A stretch of 64,000 bases of DNA from the human T2T-CHM13v2.0 reference genome, Homo sapiens: the NCBI RefSeq assembly GCF_009914755.1, contig NC_060944.1. One strand, written 5' to 3'. Positions 14,986-31,695 of the stretch are shown here, piece after piece. Position 1 is the stretch's first letter; every line of letters begins with the position of its first letter. A model generated the notes under the pieces. That model was not told the DNA's origin. It ran no database searches and worked only from the letters and a program-made list of their open reading frames with translations. Made by a program: the position numbers and the translations under genes.

Positions 14986-15453
14986 TGTCAACCCCGAAAA
15001 TCTGAGACAGGTCTCAGTTAATTTAGAAGTTTATTTTGCCAAGGTTGAGGATGCGTACCCGTGACACAGCCTCAGGAGGTCCTGACGACATGTTCCCAAG
15101 GTGGTTGGGGCACAGCTTGGTTCTATACATTTTAGGGAGACAAGAGACTTCAATAAATATGTGTGAGATGTACATTGGTTCAGTCTGGGAAAGTGGGACA
15201 CCACCAGACGAAGGCGGGACAACTGGAATCGGGGAGGAAGCTTCCAGGTCATAGGTAGATAAGAGACACACAGCTGCGTTGTTTTGAGTTTCTGATGAGC
15301 CCTCCAAAGGAGGCGATGAGATATGCGTTTATCTCAGTGAGCAGAGGTGACTTTGGATAGAATGGGAGACAAGTTTGCCCTAAGCAGCTCCCAGCTTGAC
15401 TTTCCCCTTTAGCTTAGTGATTTGGCAGCCCCAAGATTTATTTTCCTTTCACA
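14986..15453 (-). mobile_element. MER4A-family ERV1 solo LTR
   Basis: TG...CA bounded; the - strand starts TGTGAAAGGAAAATAAATCTTGGGG; internal cacagcctcaggaggtcctgacgacatg motif. Confidence 0.85.
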
Positions 15454-16567
15454 AAACGTATGTATATAACTAGTTAAATAAACATTGTAAAGGCATTTGG
15501 CATCTACATCTCTCTTTGTTTTTAGATCTTTTTAGAAAATCAGGGAGAGGCTGTTTCAGTTCCCCCCATACATTCAAATGCTATTTGCTGTAAATGGATT
15601 CAGGGGCATCTGTTTCCCAGATAGGGGGTAGATCACTGAGCTTGCAAGTAGGGGAGCCAGGACACAGAGCAATCGCCTCCAACTCAGAGACATCCTTTCA
15701 AAACTACATTAGGTGAACATGGAGAGAAGAAAGTTTCCAGGCCCAGAGAACCAGCAGATGACAGGGAAGTCGAGGTAGCCCTGGGGCGTTGTGGAGCCCT
15801 GGGAGTTAGCCAAGACCCTTCCACTGGAACCACAGGTGTCCACGGGCAGCAAGTCCCCGTCCCCCTAGACTCCTAGCAAAGTTCCCACCTTAGGTGCTAA
15901 AACTCACACCTCTTCACCAACACCTACTTGAAACTCCTCACCTTCCAGAGATAATAACTTGGCTTTCAGGACAATTTCATTTGTGTTAATGGAAAAAAAA
16001 AAATCCTTGGACTAAGGCTTTTAATGACCAGTCATACCTTTCTCATTCCCCAGCCCACTGAGAAAAGGATCTTGTCCATTTACTCTCCCGAAAACGATAT
16101 GTGGGGTAATGTGTTCCAGGAACCTCTCAGGTCTTAATGGCAGAGAAAGCCCATGTGGGGGCCACACTTTGATTTAATGACATATACTCATTTAGTGCAT
16201 GGACAGCTAAAAGCTAAAATGCAGTGACTACAAAATTACTGTCAAATTCTACCTTTTTGTTTATTTTGCTTTGTTTCAAGTTCCATATACTACCAAATGT
16301 TCTCAAAGTTAGATAAAAGCTACACATTAAATTTGGTTTCCAAACTAGGTCAATCTAGGAAAAGAAAAAGATGTTGTTGCCTTTTTAATTCTAAAATAAT
16401 GTAATGAGAAGAAATACACATGCTTTCTGCTCAATACTTTCCTTCAGAAAACCACCTTTCCAACTCCAGTCAGCCCCACTCCTGCAATCATGTGTCAGTC
16501 ATAGGACTCCACCCCCAACACATGCACGTGCCAAGAACCAGTCTGGTCAGTTAGAATCCTCCATCCT

Positions 16568-17279
<712 letters not shown>

Positions 17280-19442
17280 GAGAATTTCTGTCAGTCATTC
17301 ACTCACTCGGACAAGAAAGACACAGTCCCTGATCCACAGCCAGCAGAACCGAGCAGAGGTCACAGTCACTAGACAAATAATTGCACAGAGTGTCAGTCAG
17401 AGACAGGAGTGACAGGTGCCACAAAGGAGAAGCTGGGGTCTTCAGGGGAGTGTGCAAAGAGGATCCCAATCCCAACTGCAGAACTCAGGGGACCTTCGCC
17501 CAGAAAGTGACCATGAGATCCTACAACAGCTCCTTCATTCCTCAGTTTTGCTTTGTAGGATTTTCTTTTTTGAGTTCAAAAGTCTTCACTGATACCACTC
17601 TGTGGGTGAAAGAGGATATGCACACGTGCACGCAGACACATGCACACATAAACACGCACACATGCCCAGAAGCACATCCCGGCACACACAGACATGCATG
17701 CACCCAGACTCACATGCGTGCATGCATTAACACACGGAGATATGCACAGAGACACATGCAGAAACACACCCTGGCACCCAACCACGATTCAGCCATATCT
17801 GGATGCATTGGACAAATCGGATTCAAATTCTAGCTCCCCTGAGCTCCCGTGAGCCTCAGGGTCTCTTCCTGTAAAGTGTGGAGATGGCGGTCCCCCTCAC
17901 AGGTGTGTGAGCACTCAGTGAAGATGGATGTGAGTGAAGGTTTTAGCTCCAAGCTGGTCATGGCGCTAGAAGTCACCCTCATCATTAATGAGGAAAAAGT
18001 CATGTCTGTATCCAAGAGAGCAGGTCACATGGGAAATGGCACCCTTCCTAAGCAATCTGTAAGAGTCAGCAGTCGGCCCTGCTGGAGACCCTGACAGCAT
18101 CACGGGGAAGTTGGGGTCTTGCTCACCCCTCACCTGCAACCCAGGGATGGGGCCGCTGCAGCAGTGCCCAGGGACACCAGCAGAGGGCAGTGGTGGCCAA
18201 CAGACCCATTTATGAGCACTTGTGTGACCCCCGCTAGAAATGCCTGGGGTGGAGAGGACATGGGGGCTTTTCTGGGATCCCGGGAAAGTAAATGACCAGG
18301 ACAAGACTGGGTGACATCTAGGCTATCAATGTGGCCCTATTTGTACCCAAAGGTTGGTGCAAAAAGTGCAAAGTGCAGGTCCCATCAGTGACATTCATAA
18401 TTCTTCCTTGCAGAGGGGGAATAAAACTGGACCTAGAAAGGAATGAGGTTGGGAGTGGGGGTTCAAAGAAACCCCATGAGTGTTCCCCATGCAGGAACAG
18501 CATTCCATGCCCGAGGGGGCAGAAGGCGCTCAACAGCCGAAGGAGAGCCACACATGCCGCCAGCCACATGAAAAGACCTTGGCCCCGCTCCTTCTCACCC
18601 CTGTCCAGCCCTGACCCTGCCAGACCAGGAGCACAGGCGGAGAAGGTAGCAGAGCAAGGAGGGTGGAAGACAGGCCATCATCCCAATGGCAGGACCCTGG
18701 CATCCAGTTGGCCTGGTCTGGGGACCCTCTCCCAGAAGCTGTGAGCTGGACGTGAGCTTTACGTTTTGAGTTCCAGTCACATAGATGTCTTCACAACTGA
18801 GTGTGACTGGAGACCTCGGAGTCTGCCCAAGATGTCCCCAGAGGAAGGGGGTATGGCAAGGAAAAGCAAGGCATGTCCTAGCCCAGTCACTGTCTGCGGA
18901 CACACCCTGCTCCTGTGAGACGTGGGACAGGGTTCCCAGCCAGGCTCTGAATTTCAGAGACTGGGCCTCCCACCACCAGGCCACTAGCCTCTGCTGGGTT
19001 ACAGTCAGACACAAAGCCAGGAATTAGATTCCTTTGCTGGCCTGGGGGCCCTCGAGCACCCTACCTGAGTCTGTGAGCACCCTGTCCTCTAAGCAGAGCA
19101 GAAGCAGAGATGCGTCCCCACCTCGGGGACAAGTCCAGAGGGGAAAGAACTTAGTCCCAGTGCAGTGTGCAGAGCCAGCCCCTCTCCACGCTCCAGGCAT
19201 GCTACACACATACCTGGAGCCCCTCCCTTCCCATCTCTACCTGGCCAGATTCTTCCCATCTAGTAACGGCCCCTTCCTCCAAAGAACCCTCCTGGACTCC
19301 TTCTTTGTGTACTGCTGAACTGCTTCCTAAGTTAGGCTTGGAAATGGCCAATTCTCAATTGCTTTTGCTTAAAATCCTGGAGTTCTCTGGACTCCATTGC
19401 AGGCCCTTTTCTCTCCTTGTTGTGCTCCCTTCCTTGGGTCAT

Positions 19443-19990
19443 TGTATCAGTCAGCTACTGCCATCTCATGCTGCCTAACAAACTGCAGGGTCTCGGTGGC
19501 AGACAACTGCAAGCACATCTGTAGTTTGTGCACTTATGGGTCACTGAGGGTCAGCTGCTCACAGTGAGGCTGGCTAGGGCAGTCAGCTCCGTGTGCCTCT
19601 CAACCTCCTCCTTGGACTAGCGGAAGAGCTGGGGCGGGTTCTTCTCATGGCAATGGCAAAACCACAACAGGAGGAGTGGAAATGTGGGCGGCTCCTTAAG
19701 GCCTAGGCTTGGAACAGGAGATTATCTTTCCTGCCTTGTTCTAGAGGCCAAAGCATGTCACATGCCAAAACCCAAGTCACATGACTCCTTAAGGCCTAGG
19801 TTTGGAACAGACACATTATCTTTTCTGCCTTGGTCTAGGGGCCAAAGTAAGTCACATGGCAAAACCTAAAGTCAAGAAGCTGGAAAATATACACCACTCT
19901 GTCCATGGGAGAAAACGGCAGAGTTACCAAAGGGTGTGGACACAGGGAGAAGACAGATTGCTGGAGCCAGCCATCTCCTCCAGACCCGTG
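19443..19990 (-). mobile_element. Old MLT1 LTR with an internal ~93-bp tandem duplication
   Basis: Starts tgtatcagtcagcta; ctccttaaggcctagg...ggccaaag..agtca appears twice (19692, 19785). Confidence 0.65.
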
Positions 19991-20264
19991 ATGGTGACTC
20001 CCCAGCTGTGCCTCTAGCCCAGGCCTGTCTCCAGAGCCTCACGTTCATCTGGCTGATTCCCTACAGAACACAGCAGTGCAACACTCTGTTCATCCCAATA
20101 CCAAAACATTTGGAAATGGCCAAATAATTAGTCAGCAGCTGGTTAAATTAATTATAGTTTGTGTGCACAATAAAATTGTTGAAAACAATTTTTTTAAAGA
20201 ATATTCATGTAAAAAGATGTGCACCATAAAAATTGTAGCATAGAATGTATAGTATAATCTCATT

Positions 20265-20281
20265 TAGATAGATAGATAGAC

Positions 20282-20312
<31 letters not shown>
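20265..20312. repeat. (TAGA)n/(CAGA)n tetranucleotide repeat
   Basis: Seen directly. Confidence 0.9.
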
Positions 20313-20336
20313 AAACAGCCTGGAAAGGTATGGACT

Positions 20337-20760
20337 GTATCAGTTAGGAAGCTCTTGGCTAGAAATAACAAAGAATCCACTAATGTGACTTTAAAAATTA
20401 AGAGTTTGTCTTCTCACATCAGAAAAAGGTGAGTGGCAGCTGCTAACCCTGGCTCAGCAGCTCCATGGATAACAGCTGCAGTCTCTGCAATTTTCTTGGT
20501 CTTAATGATGGCAAAATGGCTGCCTCATCTCTAGTCATCACATCTGAATTCAAGGCCAGGAGGAAGAAACAAAAGGCATCTCTAGCAATGCTGTCCTTTT
20601 ATTAAGTAAGCAAAAGCTTTCTCAGCAACCCTCGCACACTTCTCATTGGCCAGAACTTGTCACATGGCCACCGCCAGCTGCAAGACCGGCTGGGGAATAG
20701 GGTTATTTCTACCTGTACAGTGAAATCAGGCGATGGAGGAGGAAGCTGGGAGCTGGTTGG
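20337..20760 (-). mobile_element. Old MLT1 LTR
   Basis: tgtatcagttagg...aaaatggctgcc...ctcattggccagaacttgtcacatggcca. Confidence 0.6.
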
Positions 20761-20964
20761 AGGACAGCCGATCTGCCAAGTCTGCCCCAAACCCAGACTG
20801 TTTGTGTTGATTATCTTCAGTGGGACAAATGAAGCGAAATCTCCACTTTTTATGTTGTCCATGTCTGGACCACTTGAAGTTCATTAAGAATTAATATTAT
20901 TACTTTTACAGTCCTCTTCCCAGCCAAGCTCCTGAGATTAAAAAAATAATAATAATGAGTCTTG

Positions 20965-21274
20965 GGCCAGGCACGGTGGCTCACGCCTGTAATCCAAGCA
21001 CTTTGGGAGGCCGAGGTAGGAGGATCACTTAAGGTCAGGAGCTTGAGACTAGCCTGGCCAACATGGTGAAACCCCGCCTCTATTAAAAGTACAAAAGTCA
21101 GCCAGATGTGGTGGCAGATGCCTGTAATCCCAGCTACTCAGTAGGCTGAGACAGGAGAATTGCTTGAACCTGGGGTGGAGCTTGCAGTGAGCTGAGATCA
21201 AGCCACTCCACTCCAGCCTGGGTGACAGAGTGAGACTCCGTCTCTAAATAAATTAATTAATTAATTAAAAAAAA
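20965..21274 (+). mobile_element. Alu (AluS-like)
   Basis: Full dimer with (TAAT)n/A tail; TSD aatgagtct. Confidence 0.95.
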
Positions 21275-22129
21275 ATGAGTCTCCACTTCCTGCCTCAGCT
21301 TCTCTGTGCCCACCCACCCACCTTTCCCCATCCCCTCTGCCTCCACCTCCTCTCGACTCCTCTGAATCCCCCTGGAGAGACCTGCTGTGGCCGCCCTGTA
21401 GCCTAACCCAACCCACCTTCCAATCCTCCTCATCCTACGTCACCCATCCTGGTTATCACCTCCGTCTTGAAATCCTTGCTATTCTTTCCCTCTGGGATTT
21501 GGCATGCCATGCTATTGTGTAAGCCACGCAAAGGAAGGGACGTTCTCTATTTTGTTCACTGCTGCTGTGTCTGCCCAGAACAGCACCTGGCACGTAGTAG
21601 GTGCTCAAGGATGTTTGATGAGTGGGCGAATGAACAAGTGGACAGCAGAAATCCTGCACCCCCTCTGCTTAGACTGCCACTTCTCAGTCTTGGGCATCAT
21701 GGCGGCAGCCATGGAAATGTCCCCGAAGACCTCTTACTGCCTGCAGGGGGTGGAACTGGCCTTGGGTAGCCCCAGCTGCCTCCCTTTGAAAACATCCTGG
21801 CTTTCACGCCTAAGGCACGCTCTGCCCATCACGGGCATGTCCAGGACGCTAAGATGGATCCCTTCTGCAAGATACTGCCTTGCAGTGCATTCGAACACAC
21901 GTCCGTCCCCTTCCTTCGCTTTCTCCTTACAAGGTTCTCCCAGCGTCCCTGCCTCCTCCCCATTTCCCTATCTCTTGCATGGGTGTCTACTTCTCCGAGG
22001 ACCCAGACACCCAGCATCTCTCCCCCACCTGGCTCTCCAGCGCATCCCCTTGGGTTCTCTCCTCGACCCTCCTCTTCTCGTGCCACCAGCTTTCCCTGTG
22101 GCTCCTCATCCACACCCTCGCCTGATGCG

Positions 22130-23929
22130 CACATGCACACACACAGACACACACAAACACACACAGACACACACACACACACACAGACACACACAGACAC
22201 ACACACACAGACACACACACACAGACACACACAGACACACAGACACACAGACACACACAGACACACACAGACACACAGACACACACAGACACACACACAG
22301 ACACACACAGACACACACAGACACACACACAGACACACAGACACACACAGACACACACAGACACACACACAGACACACACACACACAGACACACACACAG
22401 ACACACACAGACACACACACACACAGACACACAGACACACAGACACACACAGACACACACAGACACACACACAGACACACAGACACACACAGACACACAC
22501 ACACACACAGACACACACACACACAGACACACAGACACACAGACACACACAGACACACACACAGACACACACACAGACACACAGACACACACAGACACAC
22601 AGACACACACAGACACACACAGACACACAGACACACACAGACACACACACACAGACACACAGACACACAGACACACACAGACACACACACACAGACACAC
22701 AGACACACAGACACACACAGACATACACACAGACACACACACAGACACACACACACAGACACACACAGACAGACACACACAGACACACACAGACACACAG
22801 ACACACACACACAGACACACAGACACACGGACACACACAGACACACACAAACACACACACAGACACACACAGACACACACACAGACACACACACAGACAC
22901 ACACAGACACACACACAGACACACACACAGACACACACACACACAGACACACACAGACACACACAGACACACACAGACACACACACAGACACACACACAG
23001 ACACACAGACACACACAGACACACAGACACACACAGACACACACACACACACAGACACACAGACACGCACACACACACAGACACACACACAGACACACAC
23101 ACACAGACACACACACACAGACACACACAGACACACACACACAGACACACACAGACACACAGACACACACAGACACACACACAGACACACACAGACACAG
23201 ACACACACACAGACACACACAGACACACACACAGACACACACACACACAGACACACACACAGACACACACACAGACACACAGACACACAGACACACAGAC
23301 ACAGACACACAGACACACACAGACACACACAGACACACACACACAGACACACACACACAGACACACACACAGACACACACAGACACACACAGACACACAG
23401 ACACACACACACAGACACACACAGACACACAGACACACACAGACACACAGACACACACAGACACACACACAGACACACACACAGACACACACAGACACAC
23501 ACAGACACACACACAGACACACACAGACACACACACAGACACACAGACACACACAGACACACAGACACACACAGACACACACACACAGACACACACACAC
23601 AGACACACACACAGACACACACAGACACACAGACACACACAGACACACAGACACACAGACACACACACACAGACACACACAGACACACAGACACACACAG
23701 ACACACAGACACACACAGACACACACACAGACACACACACACACAGACACACACACAGACACACACAGACAGACACACAGACACACAGACACAGACACAC
23801 ACACACAGACACACACACACAGACACACACACAGACACACACACAGACACACACACACACAGACACACACACACAGACACACACACACAGACACACACAC
23901 AGACACACACACACACACAGACACACACA
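22130..23929. repeat. 1.8-kb compound microsatellite [GA(CA)n]m
   Basis: Continuous CA runs punctuated by GA; the + strand is almost T-free; only a few point interruptions. Confidence 0.98.
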
Positions 23930-24067
23930 TTTTTTCCTAAACCTAGGTTTCTATCCCTAACCCTTTGTGCTGCCTCCGGAGTGTCCCACTGGCCTGAAGC
24001 TTAGCACAACCACACTGAGCTGGTCACCTTCACCTCTAGCCCCGCTGGCCCATCCATCTTACCACCA

Positions 24068-24250
24068 CCCCGTCACCGGGGCCACCTCTCCTGGGCCTCC
24101 TCCTCTCCCACTCCACCCCGTCACCGGGGCCACCTCTCCTGGGCCTCCTCCTCTCCCACTCTGCCCCGTCACCGGGGCCACCTCTTCTGGCCCTCCTCTC
24201 CCAATCCGCCCCGTCACCGGGGCCACCTCTCCTGGCCCTCCGCCTCTCCC
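24068..24250. repeat. GC-rich minisatellite, 4 copies of ~45-48 bp
   Basis: ccccgtcaccggggccacctctcctgg(g)cctcc... starts at 24068, 24116, 24164, 24209. Confidence 0.95.
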
Positions 24251-24439
24251 TCGCTTCTTTTCTCCTTGCTAGGTCAGCAGATCTTTGAGGACGGAGCCAG
24301 GCTCACACTTCTGTGGCACTGATGCTGTCCCACCAGCACACCGTCGTAAGCATTCACGATTCATGAGGCTGCTTTTCAGCAAAGGAGAATCCCCCTTTCT
24401 CTTGAACTCTACAACCTTTCATCTGTTCAATATCTGTAG

Positions 24440-25045
<606 letters not shown>

Positions 25046-27398
25046 TCTAGCTCTGATGCTGTGCTTGAGGGGTCTGCCTGTTAGATCCCACCCGTGAAAG
25101 GGAAAACAGGGCAAGAGCTGGCCCTGCTCTCACCCAGCCAGGGACCAACTCAGACACCACACGAGTCGTTGCAGAGTCCACCGGAGACGTCTGGGGGCTC
25201 TGAGGAATGGGTCAGGGTGAATGACAGGAGCGGGCTGGGAAAGCAAGAGGGCTGCAGGATGGGCGGGGAGGGGGGGTGTTGGGGACAGCAGGGAGAGTCA
25301 GGAAGAGCACTGGGTTGGGGAACAGCCTGAGCAAAAGGTCTAATATGGGAAGGAAATGAAAGGAAGCCACACGCCAGAGACTCAGAGGAAAGGAGCGTGG
25401 CCTGGAACAAGATCCGCAAAGAAGCCAGCGGGACAGGGGGAGCCTTGACCTGTCAAAACCATCAGGGGTCTCCACGTTATCTGAACAGCAATGGGAGCCA
25501 TGGAAAGTCTGAAACAGAGGGGTGACATGATCATAAATGTTTTTGGAAAGATCACCCTGGTGGTGGGGTGGAGAAGGGAAGGTGGCTGGGAGCTGTATGT
25601 CCATCTTGGGCTGTAGGGATGAGAGAGAGAGAGGAAGGAGTGGGTGGCACCATTCTGAGATGGGGTGGGACAGAGCCACAGCAGCCCAGGAGCAGGCTGG
25701 GGGGTGGACACCCTCTGATTAGTATTCTGCACAATTTGGGGCCAGAGCAGCTGGTGACTTTCAGGCCCCAACCTCATTACTTAAGGCAGCTCCGCAATGA
25801 GCTTACACAGGCCCCTCATCAGCCCCATCCACATTGCCTGGATCACTTAGAATGCATCTGGTTGCTCCCATGAGCGTCTGCCACCTTTTTGCTATTTTAT
25901 GTCATCAGCAAACTGGCGCCGTCGTGAAATTATGCTCCACTCCCGGTCAATGCATTAAACTTAAACGTTTTCTATAACCAGTGCGCCCTGTGCCTGCCTT
26001 AATTCCCAACTGATTTATCTACCCGATTTATTACCAGGGCTCAATTCAATCAATACTGGCTGGGATTCCACCCGCAGAGGCATCTGATTTATGCAGGAGA
26101 CACTCCTGGGGTGATTTAGAGTCCTCTCCTCCACCACGGAGCCCCCAGGCCCCCAAAATTGATGTGTCTGCCTTGCTCCAGGGAGAACTTGCATCAGCAT
26201 CCAAACGACCCAGCCACAGGCCCTCCTGGAGGCCTCAGGCTCCCACTCCCTGCCCCAAGGGGCCTGCAGCCCTTGCTCTGGAGTGCCCTGGGCCGGCCCT
26301 GACCTCAGAGCTCCCTGGGAAATGAAAGTTCCAGAAACCATGAATGCTCAGGGTTAATCTGGGCTTTAGGCTCTGGGGAGAAGGAAGGCATGCATGCCCT
26401 GTATGAACTATGTCTTATTGCACTAAGGGCAGGGTCTAAATCAGATCCTTATCTTTCATTCCGGACACATAAAAACAGGATGTTGGGGTTTCTTATCCCC
26501 AAGGATTTAGCAAACTTCTACTAAGAAAAACCATATATATATGTACATAGCACAAAAGATTCCAGACAAGATTTTTTTTTTCCTTCCCAAAGGAGGATCA
26601 TGGGGTCTGAAATCAAATATAAGAGGTCAAAGTCTTCCCTCTTGAACTTGTTCTGGCAAAAGTTCAATAGAACGACATCCTCTGGTTCTAATTCTAAACC
26701 TTCCTAGGGGACACAGCAGAGGGCCCGCTCCATCTACAGCCGTTCTCAAAATAAATCACCAGCGGCTCATGGCAACAGGAGTTATTAAAATATGAAATTA
26801 TTTGGTGCCTCCATGTTCTTGACTTCCCCTTCTCTTTGTAGTCAGGAGGAAAAGCCTAAACCCTGATGTATTGGCCAATGCCTCAGGGGCCAGGCAAGTT
26901 CTGTAAAAGGGTACAAGGCTGAGCAGAAGAGGCCAGAAGGGAGGAGAGGGGCCTGGGGAAAACTCAGGAAGGGGGCAGCTGCTCCTCCACCCCCGGCAAT
27001 CGTTGCAGGGAAGGGGAACTCCAGATACCAGGGTTCTTGGCCTTGCCAAAGACTTGTGACCCCAGAACGGGTACCTAGATCCAGTGCCATCAGGCCACGT
27101 ACCAAGTGTGCTGGGACCACCGATAGCTGATCCACAATGACAATCACACCCTTCCCAAGACTCACCAAAGCTCAGTTTACCGCCAGCCCAGAGGCACGAG
27201 GCTCTGATTCAATATTTGCATTTGCATCAAAGTCATACTTCCCCATCTTCTTTTTCCCGTCTGACCCCTCTCCTCATGTGGGAGTCAAGCCATGGTACCA
27301 CTGCTCTGGGAAGGAGGGGGGCTCCAGGAAGCAGAGGAAAACCAAAGTTGGTTCTTGGCTTTTGGGCTTCAAAAGTCTCCTTCTTAGAGAAGAGGTGA

Positions 27399-27752
<354 letters not shown>

Positions 27753-28199
27753 GAGGTGCATTCTAACAGGCTCCTGGGTAAAGCTGGGCTTCTGCTCAGA
27801 CTCACTTTGAGAACTGAGGTGCTAGAAGCTGTGAAAGAAGGACCCTGAAGGAGGATCCGGAATGCATCAGCAGAATCCCAGCAGATCTCCCAGCTGGGAT
27901 GAGTGCAGGCCAGAGAGTAAACACCAGCCCAGCGGGGACTTCTGGTTCATTCTCTACCTTGAGATTAAAGTTAACTAAAAAAACAAAATTACCATTTTAA
28001 AATGTGAGTCCTGTATTCTCAAGTGGGATTGCGGTGATGATTGCACTAGTCTGTAAGTTTATGTACATTTAAAATATGTCACATCCCATTGGCCAAATTT
28101 GGAATTACCTAAGTATCAAAAATAATAACAATGACTGTAATGGTGGAAACACACTGAATGCATAAGTACCCAAGCACCTGTAATGATCAAGAACTAAAT

Positions 28200-28533
<334 letters not shown>

Positions 28534-29409
28534 TCAGGGAAACCAAATAGCTCCAGAGGGTGAAGTAAAGCTCATTTTGACAAAGAATGCCAGCTAACGA
28601 AATGCAGAAGAAGGGACAGAATTATAAAATCGCCACTTTGCAACATCCATGAACTAATTGGCTCGGTCAGGAGCATCAATTTAATCAAGGGTAGATGGAG
28701 ACAGACCACAATGAGACACCAACTCCCTCACTTACTGGGGTGCTCACTGGGGTGCTCTAACCGAAGACAGACAATGACACGGACTGATGAGCATGTGAAG
28801 GAATCCGAACCTCGTGCACTGCGGGTGGGAATGCAAAAGGGTGCAGCTGTTTTGGAAAACAGTCCAGCAGTTCCTCAAAGGCCTGCACAGAGCTTTCACG
28901 TAACTCAGTAGTTCCACTCTGACATGTTACCCAAGAAACACGTTTTGTGGGAAAACACATGTTCCCACAAAAACCTGTACATACATCTTCACAGCAGTAT
29001 TGTTTATGTAGCCAAAAAGTGGGGACAGGGAGACAAATGACCATCAACTGATGAACAGATGGAATGGTCCAGTCATATGAGGGGTTATTAATAAGCCATA
29101 AAAAGACATGAAGTGCTGATCTCTGCTAAGGCCTGGACAACTTGGAAACCATGATGCTGAGTGAAAGAAGCCAGAGACAAAGAGTGAGTGATTCCCTCTA
29201 TAATCCCATTTATATGAAATGTCCAGAATAGGTCATTCCATGGTGACAGGAAGTGAATCAGTGGCTGCCAGGAGGTAGAGGGAGGCAGAGGCAGGGAGTC
29301 CTTTGGGAATGATGCAAGCCTGTTGGAAATACAGAGAGAAGTGATGGTTGTACAACATCCTGGAAACTATTGAATTGAATTGCATGCTTTTAATGGGCAA
29401 ATTGTGTAG

Positions 29410-29736
<327 letters not shown>

Positions 29737-29935
29737 TAAAGCTGTTTTTTAAAAGGCAGCCAGGAGGATGAACATTGGATGACTGCACTGATAGGAGGTC
29801 CCTAGAGTAGTCAGATTTATAGAAACAGACAAAATAGTGGCTGCAGGGACCAGGAGGAGGGGCTGGGGAGCTGGTGTTTAATGGTTGTAGAGTTTCAGTT
29901 TGACAAGATGAAGTTTTGTGGATGGATGACAATGA

Positions 29936-30281
<346 letters not shown>

Positions 30282-30864
30282 TAATTCCATGGAACTGTAC
30301 TGTTAAAATAGTTAAAATAGTAAATGTTATATGTTTACCATCATAGCAAAAAAGGTAGGTGAGAAACAGGATACTCACAGGGTGAGAAAGAATCATCCAG
30401 AATTACTTGCTACACCCAAAGAAGGGTCTTCCCCATGAAGGGGCAGCTCTCAGAGCCTCAGGGTTGGCAGGCTGGCAGTGGAACCCCTGTTGTCTGTGCC
30501 CTGTGGGGAAACCCTGTAACGTGCATGTCATCACCCACAGAGTGGTCTGGTGAAGGATGGTCCACCTGAATCAGATTCCACCTGGAGATTCCACTTCCTA
30601 GGAAATCGGGGGAGAGGGGGACAAGTGGAAGCGCCCCACACAAATCAGATGCACTCAGGACACAGGGTCTGCCACCGGACACCCAGTTGGCCTTCTCAAC
30701 AGGCCATGTCATGAGGTGAATCACTGTTCTGGGTTGAAAGAGGCTCAAGAGCCAATACAACCAAATGCAACAGCTAAATGAGAGGAAGCTGGTTTGAAAC
30801 AGCTGGCTTCCCAGGCATTTGAAGAGACCTGGGGAGAGTTGACTCCAGACCAGTTAGCGGATGC

Positions 30865-31318
30865 TGTGGAAGGCTGAAAATGGCCCCTCAAAGAAGCCTG
30901 CATCCTACCCCTGGAACCTGTGAACATGCCACCTTGTGCTGCATACGGGACTTTGCAGGAGTGATGAAGGACCTGGAGCTGGAGAGATGATCCTTGCCCA
31001 ATCTAATCAAGGGAAATTCATGAAGGTGAGAAGAGGTGGTACCAGAAACAAAGTCAGATTGGTGTGAGGCTGCTGACTTTGACAGTGGAAGAAGGGGCTG
31101 GACCAGAGCCCAGAAACGGGGCTGCTTCTAGACACCACCAGCAAAGGCCAGGAAATAGGTACCCCCTAGAGCCTCCGAGGAACCAGCTCTGCAGGGTTTA
31201 GTCCAGGGAGATCCATTTTGAGCTTCTGACCCTCAGAACTGTCAGATGACACATTCATGCTGTTTTAAGACACTAAATCTCTGGTGATTTGGGACAGCAG
31301 CCATAAGACACCAATACA
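30865..31318 (+). mobile_element. MLT1 (MLT1D-like) LTR
   Basis: tgtggaaggctgaaaatggcccc...ccctggaacctgtgaa...cttctgaccctcagaactg...aataca. Confidence 0.75.
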
Positions 31319-31394
31319 GGTGCTCTATGGGAGTTCCTATTAACTCGATAGAGTGTGTTTAGTGGGAGAAGACCCTGATCTGAGAAAACGCAGG

Positions 31395-31695
31395 TGATAT
31401 GGTTTTGCTGTGTCCCCACCCAAATCTCACCTTGAATTGTAGCTCCCATAATTCCCACGTGTTGTGGGAGGGACCCGGTGGGAGGTAATTGAATCATGGG
31501 GGTGGATCTTTCCCATGCTGCTCTCGTGGTAGTGAATAAGTCTCACAAGATCTGATGGTTTTATAAAGGGGAGTTCCCACGTACATGCTTCCCTTGCCTG
31601 CCACCATGTAAAATGTGACTTTGCTCCTAATTAGCCTTCAGCCATGACTGTGAGGCCTCCCCAGCCATGTGGAACTTTGAGTCCATTCAACCTCT
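31395..31695 (+). mobile_element. THE1-family MaLR LTR, 3'-truncated
   Basis: tgatatggttt.gctgtgtccccacccaaatctca...tgtgggagggacccggtgggaggtaattgaatcatgggg...gaggcctccccagccatgtggaact. Confidence 0.88.

Noticed and set aside
21504-24004. Very long ORFs (606-818 aa) on both strands
   Set aside because: They come from the stop-free CA/GA microsatellite (THTQ/CVSV repeats); the non-repeat leaders show no protein similarity and partly overlap L2-like sequence.
31656-31668. THE1 PRDM9 hotspot motif position
   Set aside because: Reads CCTCCCCAGCCAT, not the hotspot-associated CCTCCCTNNCCAC form.
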